Source of the DNA: Amoebophrya sp. A120
Lineage: Eukaryota; Protista; Dinoflagellata
Reading direction: 5' to 3'
NCBI GenBank assembly: GCA_905178155.1
Contig: CAJINV010000003.1
Location: 9,865,979 to 9,929,978, forward strand
Length of the DNA: 64,000 nt
How positions within the stretch are numbered: the first letter of the stretch is position 1; the number at the start of each line of letters is the position of its first letter. The notes below the pieces were generated by a model. The model ran no database searches. It had not been told where the DNA came from and saw only the letters and a program-made list of their open reading frames with translations. The translations under genes were made by a program, and so were the position numbers. Positions 11,909 through 25,227 of this stretch are shown here, piece by piece.

Positions 11909-12629
11909 AAAACACAACGCGGAATCCCAGCGAGTAAAGAGGAGCTTACACTACACTAAGCTTACTTCTGCAGTAGAGACGAGTACTGCACTGGTGTTGA
12001 CTACTTGCGCAACAGAGATATGAATGCCTGTCGTTAGGAATAAGGGGTCATTTGCTCGCACTGTGGCGTTACTGCCTAGGGCTGAACGTGTTTCTGTTTC
12101 GTCAAATCCGCCAAAAAAAACACGCGTGCTCGCTTCGAAAAATCAACGTTTAGATCACCGCGAGCCGGAACTCTCTGGTGGGTATCTTCGCACGTGTAAA
12201 TAAGAAAGCGGACCGAAACAGTATCTTTCTCTCAGTAAGTGAAAGTGCGACCGAAGCAATTCTTTTTTCCTCGTGGTGAGGAACAACAGACACCGATCAG
12301 TCCTCAATTTTCCAAAAGTGCCAAATGCGAGCACGCTGAACTAAATCATCAGAAGAACATCGCACTTCCTGTAGCCCCGTAGTGTATCGGAGGGCTACCC
12401 AGCTCTACGATGGTGCCTCTGGATCAAGTTGAATTGCGAGTGATATCAGCGGGCTCCCTGCTGTACCAAGGTGCCGTCTACTGTGTTCCATGTATACATA
12501 GCATACAGAAAAAGACTCAACACTTCAACAAACTCCCAAAACCCAACCAACTCCGGAGACCCAAGGATCTCCACGAGCCCAACCAACGATGGACCCCAAA
12601 CCAATCCCGCGACCTCAACCCAATCCACT

Positions 12630-12890
12630 GCAGGCCCCGCGACTTCGGAGCTTGAAGCCCTGGGGGCTGTCGCTTCGGGCCTTGCTGCCTCGGCCCCCGC
12701 GTACCAGCTTGGGCCCTTCCGCTTCTGGCCCGACCACTTCCGACATTGCGCCCTCTGGTCTCGAGCACTCGGACTCTGCGGCGTCAGGCCCTCCAACTTC
12801 GGACCACCCCGCGCGCCCGGGCCCTGAGACTTCGGATCCTGCGGCGTCGGTGCCCAATAAAACTTCGGAGTCGTCACTTCGGTCCCACTC
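12630..12890 (+). repeat. Degenerate ~30-bp-period repeat built on ACTTCGGA
   Basis: ACTTCGG(A) recurs about seven times. It translates as a TSD/TSE-rich ~10-aa periodic peptide, possibly a decayed TE ORF. Confidence 0.4.
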
Positions 12891-12929
12891 TCTTCGGCCC
12901 CTGCCAACATCCTGGCCCGCTTTCATCCT

Positions 12930-15900
12930 GCGCCCACGGCCTCCTCACCCCAGGAGCATGCGCATGGATCTAGTCGCCAGGATACCTGCGCCAAACACAG
13001 CGCCGCGAAAAAACATGCGCAGCGCCGCGGGCCCCAAGGTAGCAGAAAAAAACTGCAGGCGCACAGCGTGCCCGGGCCTGGGCTGCGACCAGGCGGCGAA
13101 TAGCACTGCCCTTTGCCGGCGTGATGCTGGGCGCTTGGGCCCGAGCGAATGGCCGGCCGGGCTCGCAGCATGCTTTCGGGCACAGGCGCTTCGATCGTGG
13201 CCTATTGGTGCAGCAAAAGAATTGGGCGCGGGGCCGGCAACGCTAAGCCAGTTGCCCGGGAAAAGCAAACAAAAGCGGGGAAAGGGGGGCCGGGCACAAA
13301 AAAGCCCATTGGGCAGGGCGACGGGGGCGGCAAACTGAAACAGAAGCAAGTCCGCAAACCCGCGCGCGGGCCCGCGAGGGCTTTCCCCGTCGCCGCGCGA
13401 CATCGGCAGCCGGCACGCGAAGAAGCAAAACGCAAACCCTTCGGCAGCCGGCCGCGCAGCAGTGGACTCACTTCTTACCTTGGTAGACCTGCCCAACCCT
13501 TCGGGACATTGAAGCGGGAAGGGGTGGCGCGTCTGCCCCCCCCCGCCCCGCCGCCGCTGCTGCGGCCGGGCACCGGCGCCGCCCAGATGAGGGGGGGCGC
13601 TAGACGGCTGGCCCGCCTTCGGGCCCGCCTTCCGACCGCGGCCCGGATGGCGAAAAAAGGGCAGCACGGCCGCACAAATCGCCTCCGAAGGAAACCCTCG
13701 CCCCGGGAGCGGGCTTGGCGCCTCGCGGCGGGCCCGACGCCACGCAGGTAAAGCAGCACCGGGCGCGCCACACCCGTCGCGGGCGAACGCAAGAACAAGA
13801 AGCCCAGCGGTGGCACGCCGGCTTTGCCAAGCAAAAAGTGCACACGAAGCCAAAAGGTGCGCGCAAGCCCAGCGCCGCGGCCAAGGAATCACCGCGGGGC
13901 AGGACGGCAAGGGGGGCGCCCGGATGAAAAACGCGGGCGGCACCCGGGGAAACGAACACAATTGCGGCTGCTTGCCGAAGCAAGCCGCTCCAGGGCCGAG
14001 CGGGCCGGGGCCGCGCAGCCTGCTACACAACTAACGGCGCGCTCCCGCAGCCGGCGCCCATCCTTTGAGGCGCCAAAATAAGTACCCTGCCGGGTCAGTG
14101 AATACTACTTACCACAGGCCCGGGCGGGCGGCAGCTAGAACCACTCCGCCCAGGGCACTTCCACCCCCGGCCGTCTTGCGTTGCGGACAGGCGGCCCCCT
14201 GCCCGGCTGAAGCAGCCATGAGGGGCGCTGCAGCCAAACAACAGAAACCGCGGGGCGCTAGCCGCTTGCACCGGGGCGGAGCCTTGGCCGATTTTGTTCC
14301 CGGAATGGCCGGGGGAAAGTGCAAAGCGAAGCGGCGCGCGGGGGAAGCACGCTGAACATAGCGGGCGATCGCGGCGAAGGTGCAGCGAAGCACCACAAGA
14401 CGCCGCGCCTTTTTTCTCGCGGCGAAAGGCGAGCAAAGAGTTGGATGAGTGGTGGGAGCTTCCGGTCGTGTTTGGTTTGTTAAGCGGATGCCTGGGCTAC
14501 AAGAAGACGACCTCGCTAGCAGTCGATTCCCCAACGCCACCGCACTGCGCGCCGCATGAGGTGAAATCGGCTGGGGGGCTGCAGCGTGACACGCAGTCGA
14601 TTTTGCGTCATGCCAATTGCCGCCATTTCCTTGTGAAACATCTCGTACATTGCAGGATACGTCAGACCTTCAAATTTGGGGCTGCACAGCAGGCCGTAGT
14701 AGAACTGATCCCAGATGTATGGGCCCCCGCCGCAGTCATTCTTCAAAATGAAGTGTATTGGCTCAAATTTCGTGTATACCACTCGGCGAATATTGTCGTA
14801 GTTCGGACTCGGTGGCTTCTTGAATTTCACACTGAACCACCGAGCGGACGATGGAAAAACCAGAGCCATGATCAAGGAATAGCACAGAGGTTTTCGAGGC
14901 TGCGTGCTCTCAGAAAACGAATACGTCCCTGATTGGCAAGTGACAGTCAGCAACTACCTGCTTCGTGACATTATTTTCGCCACAATTGATTGACATCCAC
15001 TTCCACGCAATCAGCCGACCTGTCTATCTCTATCTTCTCCGAAGATCTGCAGAAAGTTCAGAAGTCCATGGCCGTGGGGATAAGAAACCTCAAATAATTT
15101 CTCTCGTCCCATCATCATCATCTTACTAGCATAGGGCAGGAGTGCTAGGGGTTTATTGGGGCGATGTCGTTATTCAGAGATCGGCGCGACAATATGGGTG
15201 AAAACGCGCACTAGAGCTAGGACGTGGCAGAGAAGCTGTGGCCATTGCGCTTCACTCCGCATGATCATGGGCTCCTCATGATCATCACCTTCCTCTTGGG
15301 GCACCGCGTCCCAAGGAACAAAAAACATTGAACAGCGCCTGCCTTTCGCAGCGAGCAGGGCTCTTCGTCCGATAGATTGGCTGTCATGTTAACTCTATGC
15401 GTTGTAAATTGTCTGGAAACAAGATGACCATGGCACAGCACTCAGAAGAGAACGACATAAATTTTCAAAAGTAACAACGTCAAGATTTTTAGTAGGGTGA
15501 GAAAGAGTGAGAGAGAAACGTATGGAGCTGGCGAAGCGCGAGCGCAACGCGGGCGGAGGGGCACCGACCTGAAGGGTCCGAAGACGCGCCTTTTTTTGGG
15601 GGGCAGAAGAGGGCTAAGCCCGCGCGCAAAACCTCGGCGGGGCCCCAGAAACTTCGGCGGGCCCCCAAAAGTTGTGCGTGAATGCGCAGCAGAAGATTTG
15701 GGCGGTTTGAACTTCGGCCCACACGGTCCCGCAGGCTCTGCCGAGGTGCTGCGCTGGCCAAAGTGATAGCAAAAAAAAAGTTGCTGCTGCAATTCCCGGG
15801 GGGGGCTTTACGAATGAAGGCCGCGCCCAGAGGTCGATACCGGTAACCGAGGGTGTGCGTGGGCATCTAAGCAACGCAAAGACCTGCCGGCGCTTTTCTA

Positions 15901-18900
15901 GCATCGCCGCGAGCCGTGCGGCAACCGTCACACCAAGAAAGAGCGCCATCGATTGGAGCGCCAGCCCTTCTCCTTGAGTCGCGGGCCGCGGCATGCGGTC
16001 GCGGCTCTTGATGAGGGCCGCGGGCGAAGAGGCCCGCAGGCTCCTGCGATAAGCTCGGAACGCGAAGTCTGGCCACCTCGCAGCGAGGCTGGCCCCTTGC
16101 GAGAAACTAGCTCCCTCTGCGGGCCGCTCCCGCTGTGTCGTCGTGCATGACACCGTCAAAAAAAAACGCGGCTCCAAAAAGCCGCATCATTTTGGCCATT
16201 TCCGGCAGCCCTTTTCGGCCGCCCCAGTCGGGCACTTTCAACGGGGTGAGGGTCCCGATTTGTGAACCTGAAGAGAGAGGTCGAAGGCCGTGTGGGTGTG
16301 ACACACGACCTCCGCAGGATCTACAGACCATTTTTCTTCGTGCAATCCCGACGGCGTGGGCACTGTGATAAATTTGAAAAACCACACTTCAGCGGCCCTT
16401 TCAGATCGAGTTTTGCATTTTCTACAACGGCCGCGGATATCTAGACCTATCTGCCTTCGGGACATGCCCAAAATGCATATTTTCTTAGACCCCTTACATT
16501 CCGCAAAAAGTTGCTTCTATCTTTTTTTGCTTTTTTTTCCAAATGCCTATCAGTCTTCGGGCCGCGAACGCAGTCGCTGTTTTGAGGCCCGTGGCATTCC
16601 GCAAAACTTTGCGGCTTTGTTGCTTTTTTTTTGTGTACGAATCGGCCGCGGCGGGCGGCGGGTGGCAAAGTTTCCTCTACCAAACGCGCCACTTGTTGGT
16701 AGTCCAATTTGCCGGCTTGTTGCTTCGGAAACTAATCGGGCGGAGCCGACAAAGTCCGTTTTTTACCTTTTCCCAAGACCTGAGCGCGCAGGCTTTTCTA
16801 CTTTTCCAAAAAACGGGCCAACTTTTCCGGGATCCGCTTGCTCGTGTCCAAGCCGCATTGGAAATATGCCCGGACTTGTGAGTGCTTGCATGCCTCCAAG
16901 CCCCTCCAACATGGCAACGGCAAAGCCCTCGCGCTGCGTTTGCGATGGCTAAATCCCCGCGCTCAATGCGCTCGTGCACGCGTTGGCTTAGACGAGCACT
17001 TGCGCACGCTGTGGCTATCTGATCAATGCTGAGAGGAACAAGTAGAGGCGAGGAAAAAACCGCGACGGCGGTGATCCTTTCGAACATCCAAACGCCACTG
17101 GCCGTGGGAGTCAGGCTTTCGAATCGATAGGCTGTTGACTGAAAAGACAGTAAGTGTATAATTAGAGATGGGAACGCGCAAAAAAAAACTCGCAGCGGGT
17201 GCCCCGCCGTCGCATGTTCCACAGTCGCCTGCCTTATCGTTTTCTACACTAGGCACGCTGCGCATTTTCGAAAGATTTCAAACACAGAACCTCCAACCAT
17301 CGTCAGAGTGGCTCGCGAAAGTCACAGCAACGCAGGATACCCCGGTAGGCGATAGTTTCCATTTGATTGAAGAAATCGGGGCGAGCGCGTTTGCGCATCG
17401 CAATATCCTACAAACCGGATGGAAAAGCGAAAAGGACAAACCCAACAAGTCAGGGCCCGCAGAGGACTCCTGGGCGCAGACGGTTAACGAAGAAGCCTGC
17501 GGCCGAAATCGCCCGCGCAGGCTGGAGAAGCCGAAAAAGCCTGCGCGGCGCGTAACAGTGCGGCCGCGGGTTCCGGATTTGTTCAGCTCCCGCGCGCCGG
17601 TTGCGGAGCTGCCCGGCATCAAATGGATCGCCGGCCTTAAGCCGCAAAGGGAGCGCCTGCGGGTATCGCCTCCGGCAAGGCCCCGAGCTTGGCCGCTGCG
17701 CAGCACCCCGCGGGCCCCACTGCCAGTGGGGCCCGGCCCGGGCGCGCCCCGGTCCAAGAACCGCAGCCCGGGCGCTGGCCGCAGCTATCCGTCGACCGAG
17801 CCGGAGCCACAAAGCCCGCGGCCGCGAGCCGTCGCCAAAAGTGCAGCGCCGCGCCAGCTGGCCGGACGAGAAGAAATTGCGCCAAAGACCTGGAGTCGCC
17901 CAAGTGGGGGGCAACACCAGAGACAACGCAGACCCGCCCGCCGGCCCGAGCAAGACGCGCGCAGAAGCGCCCGGTCTACCTACAGCGGACAAAGACCGCC
18001 GCGCGAGGGCGGGAGGCCACAGGGAAACGCGGCAGAACCTTTGTGGCCCTGCTAGTGCAGGAGCGGGCCAGCAGCAGCGGGGCCCCGAAATGGGCACAGG
18101 ACACCTGACTCCGAACGCCCGCAGCCGGCGGCACAGGGGTGCGCGTGCGCTCGCCAGAAGGAGGCGCGGTGGCTTGTTTGTCAAATGGGCCCCTCTGTTT
18201 TTCCCTCCTGGCCTGCGCCTGCGCCAGCCCCTGCGCGCTCCCAGCGGCCGGGGGGGGCCGCCCCGACTACGCCCGCACACAAAAAGGCGAAGCGCCAAAA
18301 AGAGGCCAACCGCGCATGGGCACGCCGGCCAAGGAGGCGGCCTGGCGCGCGACGCCACAAGGGGTGCCCGCGCGGGCCCGGGCTACGGGGAATGAAAAGA
18401 GGAGCCACGCGCCGGGAGCAAGACAAGAAGAGACGCCGCCCGGCGGAAAGCAAACGGCGGCCCAAGCAGCAATATACAATAGTAAGCAAAGCCGAGCCGG
18501 CGGGCAAGCGGGGCGGGCTTGCGCGTCTCGTTAACACCCGAAGCCAGCCCGCCGCCACTCGATGCCAATGCCCGCGGAACAACAAGGGGGCCGCGGCAAG
18601 GCCCTCCCGCGGTGCGGGAGGGGCCGCTCGGTACTGTGGGCAAGCCTGCGGCAGAGCCGATCGGGGCCGGCTCCGATGGGGCGCCGGGTGTCACTGTTGC
18701 GGCACGGCAGCGGGGGAGCCGCGGCCGCCAAAACAAATGCCCTGGCGGCGGCGGCCGGCCGGGCCGTTCCCAGTTGGCGGCGGCGCGCGCGCGCTGGCAA
18801 GCAGCTGCCCCACGCAGCGCTGACGCATCTGGACAATGCAAGCCCCGCCGAAATTCTTTTCGCGAATGGAAGCGATGAGCCGGAACAGTGGTGGAGGTTC

Positions 18901-20400
18901 GTCGAACAAGCCAGATTTGCTATGCGAATTACCTAGGTAGGAGATCCTGGTCTCAGCGAGGTGAGCCTCTCCCCACTTCGATACACGACGACGATGGTGA
19001 TGACGTTTGTGCATGGTTGTCACAGCGCTGGAGTCCCGGACGCTACACGCAGTCACCCGCAGCCCAATACGCCGCCATCGGCCCTGAGCACAAAAAAGCG
19101 CGCCGCGGTCGTGCCACTTCACCTTTCGACCAATCCGCAGGCTGCCATTGCTTTCGCATATTGCTGTGTTCTGTTCATGCAGACTTTCTCTCCAGTAGGT
19201 TCTATGCCTTGGAAAAACACCGCTGCATCCGTCTACGTAGGACACCCATACAGACAATAACACAAGAAATCTATCATGATCAGCGAAGCCCTCGAGAGTT
19301 GCAGGGACCAAAACCGACTGAAGCGGATGCGCGGAGGCACAGGGTGGGAGGTCCTTCTGGTGGTGTCGTGAGTAGGGGACATGATGTCGAAGAGACCCCG
19401 CCGGGCGGCCGCACGCAACTCCGTCGGGGGCCCCGCCCGACGGCCGCATAGAGCGACAAGCAACGCGAAACCACTCGACTTGGTGCCGCGCCGTTGGAAC
19501 GCCCCCAGCCGCATTCGCGCGCCGCGACTAGCCTCCTGGCCCTTTTAGCATCTCCTCACGCGGCGGCACGAGCGCGCGCACCGTCGCAGCGGCCCGGCGC
19601 CGTGCGTGGCTGGCTTTTGACTTGCAAGCGCCGGGCCCGTCGGGCTCACAAGCAGGCGCCGGCGCCGGCCGGCCACCAAGGCGCACAGCCCGAGTTGTGC
19701 GACCTCGTGATCTGTGCCAATCTTGCCCGGCGCGCAGGCCGTTGCCAGCTAGGCGGGATCGCCATTCCGCTGCTAACGCCGTCGCGCGCGGCTTCGCAGC
19801 GCTCTACGCGTGGCGCGCGACCCTCTCGGGCGTGGCCGGGTTCCGGAGCGCCCGCCGCCCCGGCACCAGTTCTGTGCGCCGCCGCTTTTCGGTCGACGGG
19901 ACGCGGCTGGCCGCCCCGATGGATCAAAATCCGGGCCTTGGTGGCCAGCGAACCCGCTGAGCGCCACTGCGAGGCGCCACATGAGCGCGGGGCCCTAGCT
20001 CGGGCCTTGCGGCGGTCCCCCGTTGCGGAAAAGGGCAAGGCCCGGGCTCCCGGCGGAGCCTGGGCCTTTTAGGTCTCGCAGCCCTCTGCGCCGCGGCGCT
20101 CCGTGCATCGCTTCTAGAGTGGGGGCGCACGCAAAAAGCCGCCCCGCCCCGCTACCGCAAAGGCCTAATCCTGAGGCAAACGTTGCGGGCTTTTATTTGA
20201 TAGCGACGCCATCGAGTGCGCAGCGCGCCCCCCCCTCGGCCTTCGCCCCTGTGCGGGCGCCACTCCAGGAAGGTTGGGAACCGTTGGCCCGGGTCCCTGC
20301 GCTGCGGCCTTGCGTGGAGATTGCCCCGAAAGCCGCCGCGCCCCCCGTTCCCTGCGTCCCCGCCGTTAACAACGATAACCGCTGGCCCTGAACAGCGATA
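12930..20400. mobile_element. Mosaic of degenerate GC- and homopolymer-rich repeat DNA with islands of decayed coding-like sequence (probable nested TE relics)
   Basis: Abrupt composition changes and many overlapping R/G/P/A-rich ORFs in all frames. Ordinary-composition islands lie at about 14450-15450, 17000-17450 and 18880-19400. Confidence 0.45.
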
Positions 20401-20409
20401 GCCTGCTGA

Positions 20410-20469
20410 AATGCACAAGCACGGGTAAGATAGAAATTCGCAATTTGTCATGCACAAGCACGGGTAAGA
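20410..20469. repeat. Direct repeat ATGCACAAGCACGGGTAAGA, two copies, at the right edge of a GC-rich block
   Basis: Two exact 20-nt copies about 39 bp apart. Confidence 0.75.
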
Positions 20470-21209
20470 AAAATCAACACCCAACTCAACAAAGTCGCGC
20501 TGCATACTGACTGCCATACGTAAACGTACACGAGGACGCAGCTTCTTGCTCATCTATCATTGTGATAGCTTTTGTCGTAATCTTTGTTCTGTGAAAAAAC
20601 ACGCCCGCCCCAGAGTCAAAATGGCAATTCCGGCAGCACACAAAGCAAACAAATCTAAAAGTCCGGGATGACGATATCAGGTCCGCAGCCCAGCGATTGG
20701 CTCGCGCGGCCGCATAAGTACCAATCTTCTTTCTTTTTGTATGTAATTGTCTCTTGTTCTCATTAAAGCATGACAACTTCCCGACTGCGGTGAGAATACT
20801 TACTTCTCTCGTGGGGAGCCGCAGGGGAAACTTCGTCTTCGCCTCGCGCACGTCCCAGGTTCGCATAACAAGAATGGGGCGTGTCCGTTTTTGAACAGGA
20901 TAATCGGGTCCGCCACGCTGCATTGAATCCGATGTGGTCCAGGTATCCGGTATGCTGTGCAAAAAGCCCCGACGGAGTTGTCACGCAATTCATTCTTAAA
21001 TGTGCAGAAGATGGGTGAAATAAATGGCATTTCCTAGTCGTGACTTGTAACACTCTGATCAGACAAAGAACTCTATGTGTAGGTGTGACGCGGCCACGAA
21101 TCACGACTACACTGCGACTACAAGTTTCAATTTGTCGCGCACAATTCACACAGCAGTTCCTTCAGCTGTCTAGAAGCAATCGCATCTGAAACCTGGGACG
21201 GGTACAATT

Positions 21210-21559
21210 TTACGCACGATATCGCGTTGGGCTTCCATACTTGTTTTTCAAAAATTGCAGCACGGATTCCATCACGTGCGGGCTGCTAGAAGTGAAAAAA
21301 TCAGGGTGCAACCGGTTCTGGAAGAGCGCCTGCTTTCGCGAGCAGTATTCCGTGGAAAGCAGCGACGCAGAGAGCTGATAGGAGTAGACGATGTCTTCCT
21401 CTGCCAGATTTAAGGCAACCATTAGCAGCGCAACAATCAGACCGGTGCTGTCTTTTCCGGTCCCGCACTGCAGCACCAGCGGGCTCGCTTCCCGCGTTAC
21501 CTCCTGCAGGACCCGCAGGACTAACTTCTGGTTATACTCAAGCGTCAGGAGGTAAATAC
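21210..21559 (-). CDS. Tyrosine-phosphatase-family (Y_phosphatase3/PtpB-like) protein, exon 3; 3' end uncertain
   Basis: CACAG| acceptor. LVLQCGTGKDSTGLIVALLMVALNLAEEDIVYSYQLS matches the HCxxGKDRTG..ALL....G...E.I..DY..S pattern. Confidence 0.82.
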
Positions 21560-21799
21560 CTGTGACGATGTTTATCAGTCAATCAATCAGCCACGCACGT
21601 TCTTTTAAAAAACGCGCGTGGAGGTCAATCAGCCACGCGCGCTCTTTTTAATTCATAGCGTACTTAGTGGCATAGTTCTCGCACTCAGATTTGTCGAGAA
21701 GCTCGGGGCTGTGCGCGCATTGTTATTAGTTTTCTCTTCTGTGTCCGAGGGCGGACTCCCGCTATGTGTCTGACTAAGCAAGATGTTCCAAACGATTCC

Positions 21800-23400
21800 C
21801 GCTGGCCCCAAACCCCCAGCGCTTTCGCATCGTTCTCGCTCCGGTTTCCGCAGCGGAGCGCTTCAGCGACCTGGGTGGTCTTCGGGCACCCAGACATCGG
21901 GCTTGCTATCCAACTGCGGCCACTTTTCCCCGCCCGGCTTTTCGGCCGCCCCGCGTGCCGTGCCCCCGCTGCGCCTCTTTTCGCTGCCCCCACCGCCGGC
22001 CCTGCGGTCTTCCTGCATTCCCTGGGCCGCTTGCGATTTCGGGCCGGGTTTTTGGCCTTTCTTCTTCGCCGCGGCAGCATCTCGCGCGCCACTGCCCCCG
22101 CTGGTTTTTGCAGCGCGAAAGCATCGGCCGAAGCACGCACTGCAAGGCCCCCGAGCCACAGCGGACAACCTCCCCCGAGGGGCATTCCCCTGAACTTCCT
22201 GCCGGATTTTACCAAGTGAGCCCTCCCCCTTGCCGGGCGTGCCTCCTGCTGCCTGGCCGAGCCCAGGCTGGCTACGGGCTCCCTGAAATCTGTATAGATC
22301 ATTTGCGCCCCTAGGCGCGCGCACCGCTTCGCCCGGGGCGGAGGATCGCTCCCGGCCCAGACCTCAAAAATGGGCCGCGTGGCATTGAGCTGATCTGCCG
22401 CTGCCAAGGCTTCGGCGCTTCTGATCGCTGCGCCGGGGCCAAGGGGACTGCCGCAGCTGGCTTTCCGGCGTTTCGGCACTCCCCGGCCGCGCCCGATCCC
22501 CCGCCGCGGCCTCGCGACGCCTGCCGCCATGGCACAGCGCCGCGGGGACTCCGCCGTAGTGGCGCCGCCTCCGCCGGGCTGCGCATCAATCCAGGCGGGG
22601 CTGCGTGCTGCCGCGATCAGCTTGCCGCCGTGCCAGATTTTTTCGGGCTCGGCCCCTGCAAGGCCTTCGCCCTGCTTTTTCTCGCCTTCCAACTGCCGCG
22701 CGGCCCCGGGGGCGCGGCCGCGAGTTGTCTTCGCTGCCCTGCCGGGGCCAACGGCCTCGTGGAATTCCCGCGCAGCTTCGCCCGGCGCCACATTCCGGGC
22801 GGCGATGCCGCCTGTGCTTTTCCCAGCTATATCCTCTTGGGCCCAACCTGAGGCGGCCCGGCCATTTTCCAACGTGGCCCGCCCCCGGAAGCCTAAGGCC
22901 GAACCAAGTTGCTATGCCCGCCATCCCAGAGCGCCAAGGAGGACAGGGCCACGCCCCCGATGCGCCTCGTGCAAATCCACCCCTCCGCGGCCCGATCTTC
23001 TGGTCGGGGGCCAAACAATTCCCGCCCGCCCGACCATCAGGCCGCGGCCTGTTTCGCTCCTTTCCTGCACCCCCGCGTGCGGCGCACCGATCGGCACAGG
23101 CAAACTCGTCCGCGCGCCCCTTTCTCTCCGGGCTAACAGTCACGCGCCCCGCCCTTCCCATTTCCGCGCTCAATCCCAGCCCCACGAACATGCACGCCCC
23201 TGCAAGCTCAGCGGCCGCAAACTGGGCGCCCTCCTCCGCGGCCGCCTTGGCCCGCCGCCCGGTCGTCGGCGCCATCCAGAATGCTCATGGCCACCCCCGC
23301 GCCTGCGTGCCGGCCGCCTTCCTTTCCTTTTCCATCACCTTGGCGAGGTTTGTGATGGCGAAGGCACGCACAATAGCAAAGGGCAAAGGCGAGAGCGAGC
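21800..23400. mobile_element. Degenerate GC-rich insert inside phosphatase intron 2 (GT-AG, 21560-23676)
   Basis: Composition shift and spurious ORFs in all frames. Boundaries are approximate. Confidence 0.4.
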
Positions 23401-23676
23401 CATCCTGACGCACGCACGCCATCTGCTTGATTGCTTCAGTAAAAGTGTCGCCGGCTGACGTTGTTTGCCGTAAATAAATCTCGTCTCAGAAGATCATCGC
23501 AAAACGCAATAGAAGGCCAATGCGATCCTCCCTGTGCACTTTCTGCTGCACGCGCCTAGGAAGTCGCCTTGTGGTTGAACAACATAGAGTGATATCATAA
23601 ACAAACCCCACACAGCCCAGGTTTTTCATACTTACACATGTATGGCCTGATGCCAGCAGAACGAAACACCACACAC

Positions 23677-23838
23677 CTCGCAGACGGAGCAAGGCGCAAT
23701 TCCTGACGATGATTTCCTGTCCGAGCACGGCCAGGTCTCGACCCGTGGGTCGAAGCGCGAAGAGGAAGGCGACGCGCACCTGCATGAAAACGTCGACCAG
23801 GGATAGGAGGAGAGTTATTGAAGAAACGCACATCCGTA
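23677..23838 (-). CDS. Tyrosine-phosphatase-family protein, exon 2
   Basis: AG acceptor at 23840-23839 and GT donor at 23676-23675. The 162-nt phase-1/phase-1 exon gives ..PKQLLRMCVSS..NCALLRLRGIYLLTLE.. in frame. Confidence 0.72.
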
Positions 23839-25227
23839 CTACATTCGAAACCATTTCTATTGCTTACCACGCCAGGCGTTTAAAAGTGAAAGCAAGAAGG
23901 AACTTCAACGAAGGGAACGCACCGCCGTTGAAGTAATGTCTACCCCACAGAACAAGGCCTGCAGCTAGCATGGCAAATTAATTGCAAAAACGAATATATA
24001 TTGCAATGTAAAATCAAAATAGAAGTTTAAGTAGATCACTGTAGCCGGAGTATATATATACTAACTATTTAATGGCTTGCCTGCTACTAGTTGTTTGCCA
24101 AATAATTCTTCGGGCCGAGCTTCTGGCTAAAGCTGGAAGGCTCGCAAGCACGGCCATGCAGGGCCTGAAACTTCTCCTTTGAAGCAGGGAAACCAAACGG
24201 GTACGCATGGCGCAACCAAGAGCTGCGAGCAAGAGCATAGCCGCCTCTGCGCTGTTGGCTTCTCTGCGTCGTTTTTGCAAGCGCGCGGCGATCGATAGCA
24301 TACCGCGACGATTCGGCACCACGTCGGCCAAGGCCGCTCTCTCAGCCACTGGGGCTACTATTTTTCAAAAAATCTTTCCGGCTGCCCAAAAAAAAGCCGG
24401 CCGCTGTGCATGAGGGACGGTAAAAAAAACCGCCAGGCCAGAAGGCCCTTGCGGTCTCACTGCGTGCCAAATATAGCCGCCGGGGCGGAGGTAGTTCGGC
24501 CGCTGCTGTTTTGCTTTCTGCCACTGTCTTGACCGCGGGCCAGCAAGGACGCCGCTTGTTCCGCGCTCGCCATGCTCTCGCGGCTGCGCGAGGGCGCACA
24601 GAATGGCGGCCGCTTATTCAGGCACGTCGCGAATTTTGGCACATTCACGAAATTCCTGCGCGGAAGCCAGACCCGGTGATAGGGAGCCAACCCGGGCGCC
24701 CCGTGGTGTGCCCAAAAGCCGTGGCAGAACCGGGCCTGTAGCATGCGGCGGCCCGGCTTCATGGGTCGTGCGGCGTTTTCTCTTTTGCGTTTCCATTTTT
24801 TGCAGCTGCACCTTTTGCCCAGCCCCTAGGCTGAGGAACCGGCGAAAAGGCGGCCGCTTTCCCGGTCGCCCAAAATGGTCCGACATCGCGGCCGCGCCAT
24901 GCGGTTTGGTTATTCTGATTGTGCGCGCGTTTCCTTTTTGCGCCTTTCTACGCACACAAAACCGCCAAGAAATAGTGCGGGAGACGCCTTAGAAGGTGCA
25001 GGGCGCAGCCTTGTGTGGCTCGCCATCGTCGGTTTTTAGGTCGGTAAGCGATAGCGCACCGCCGCGATTCGTTGTCAACAAAGCCAAGCAGGCTGCTATG
25101 CTGGAGTTTTATTTTTCTAAATAACACACAGCAAAAGAAACAGCGTTGCAAACTGCGCGGCTTTTCTGGCGCTTTCTCATGTTCTTGAGAAAACTGCCCG
25201 GCTGGAGCCGTTAGGTGCGACTGCTAC

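Noticed and set aside
12945-23458. Many long overlapping R/G/P/A-rich ORFs (for example 12945-14030, 17450-18358, 21685-22872, 22529-23458)
   Set aside because: Stop-codon scarcity in GC-rich degenerate repeats. They are open in several frames on both strands, show no motifs, and some lie inside a defined intron.
24065-24349. Extra phosphatase exon joined through a GTTGCG direct repeat
   Set aside because: A phase-compatible GT-AG join from 25228 to 23838 gives a cleaner protein, and this frame soon hits a stop.
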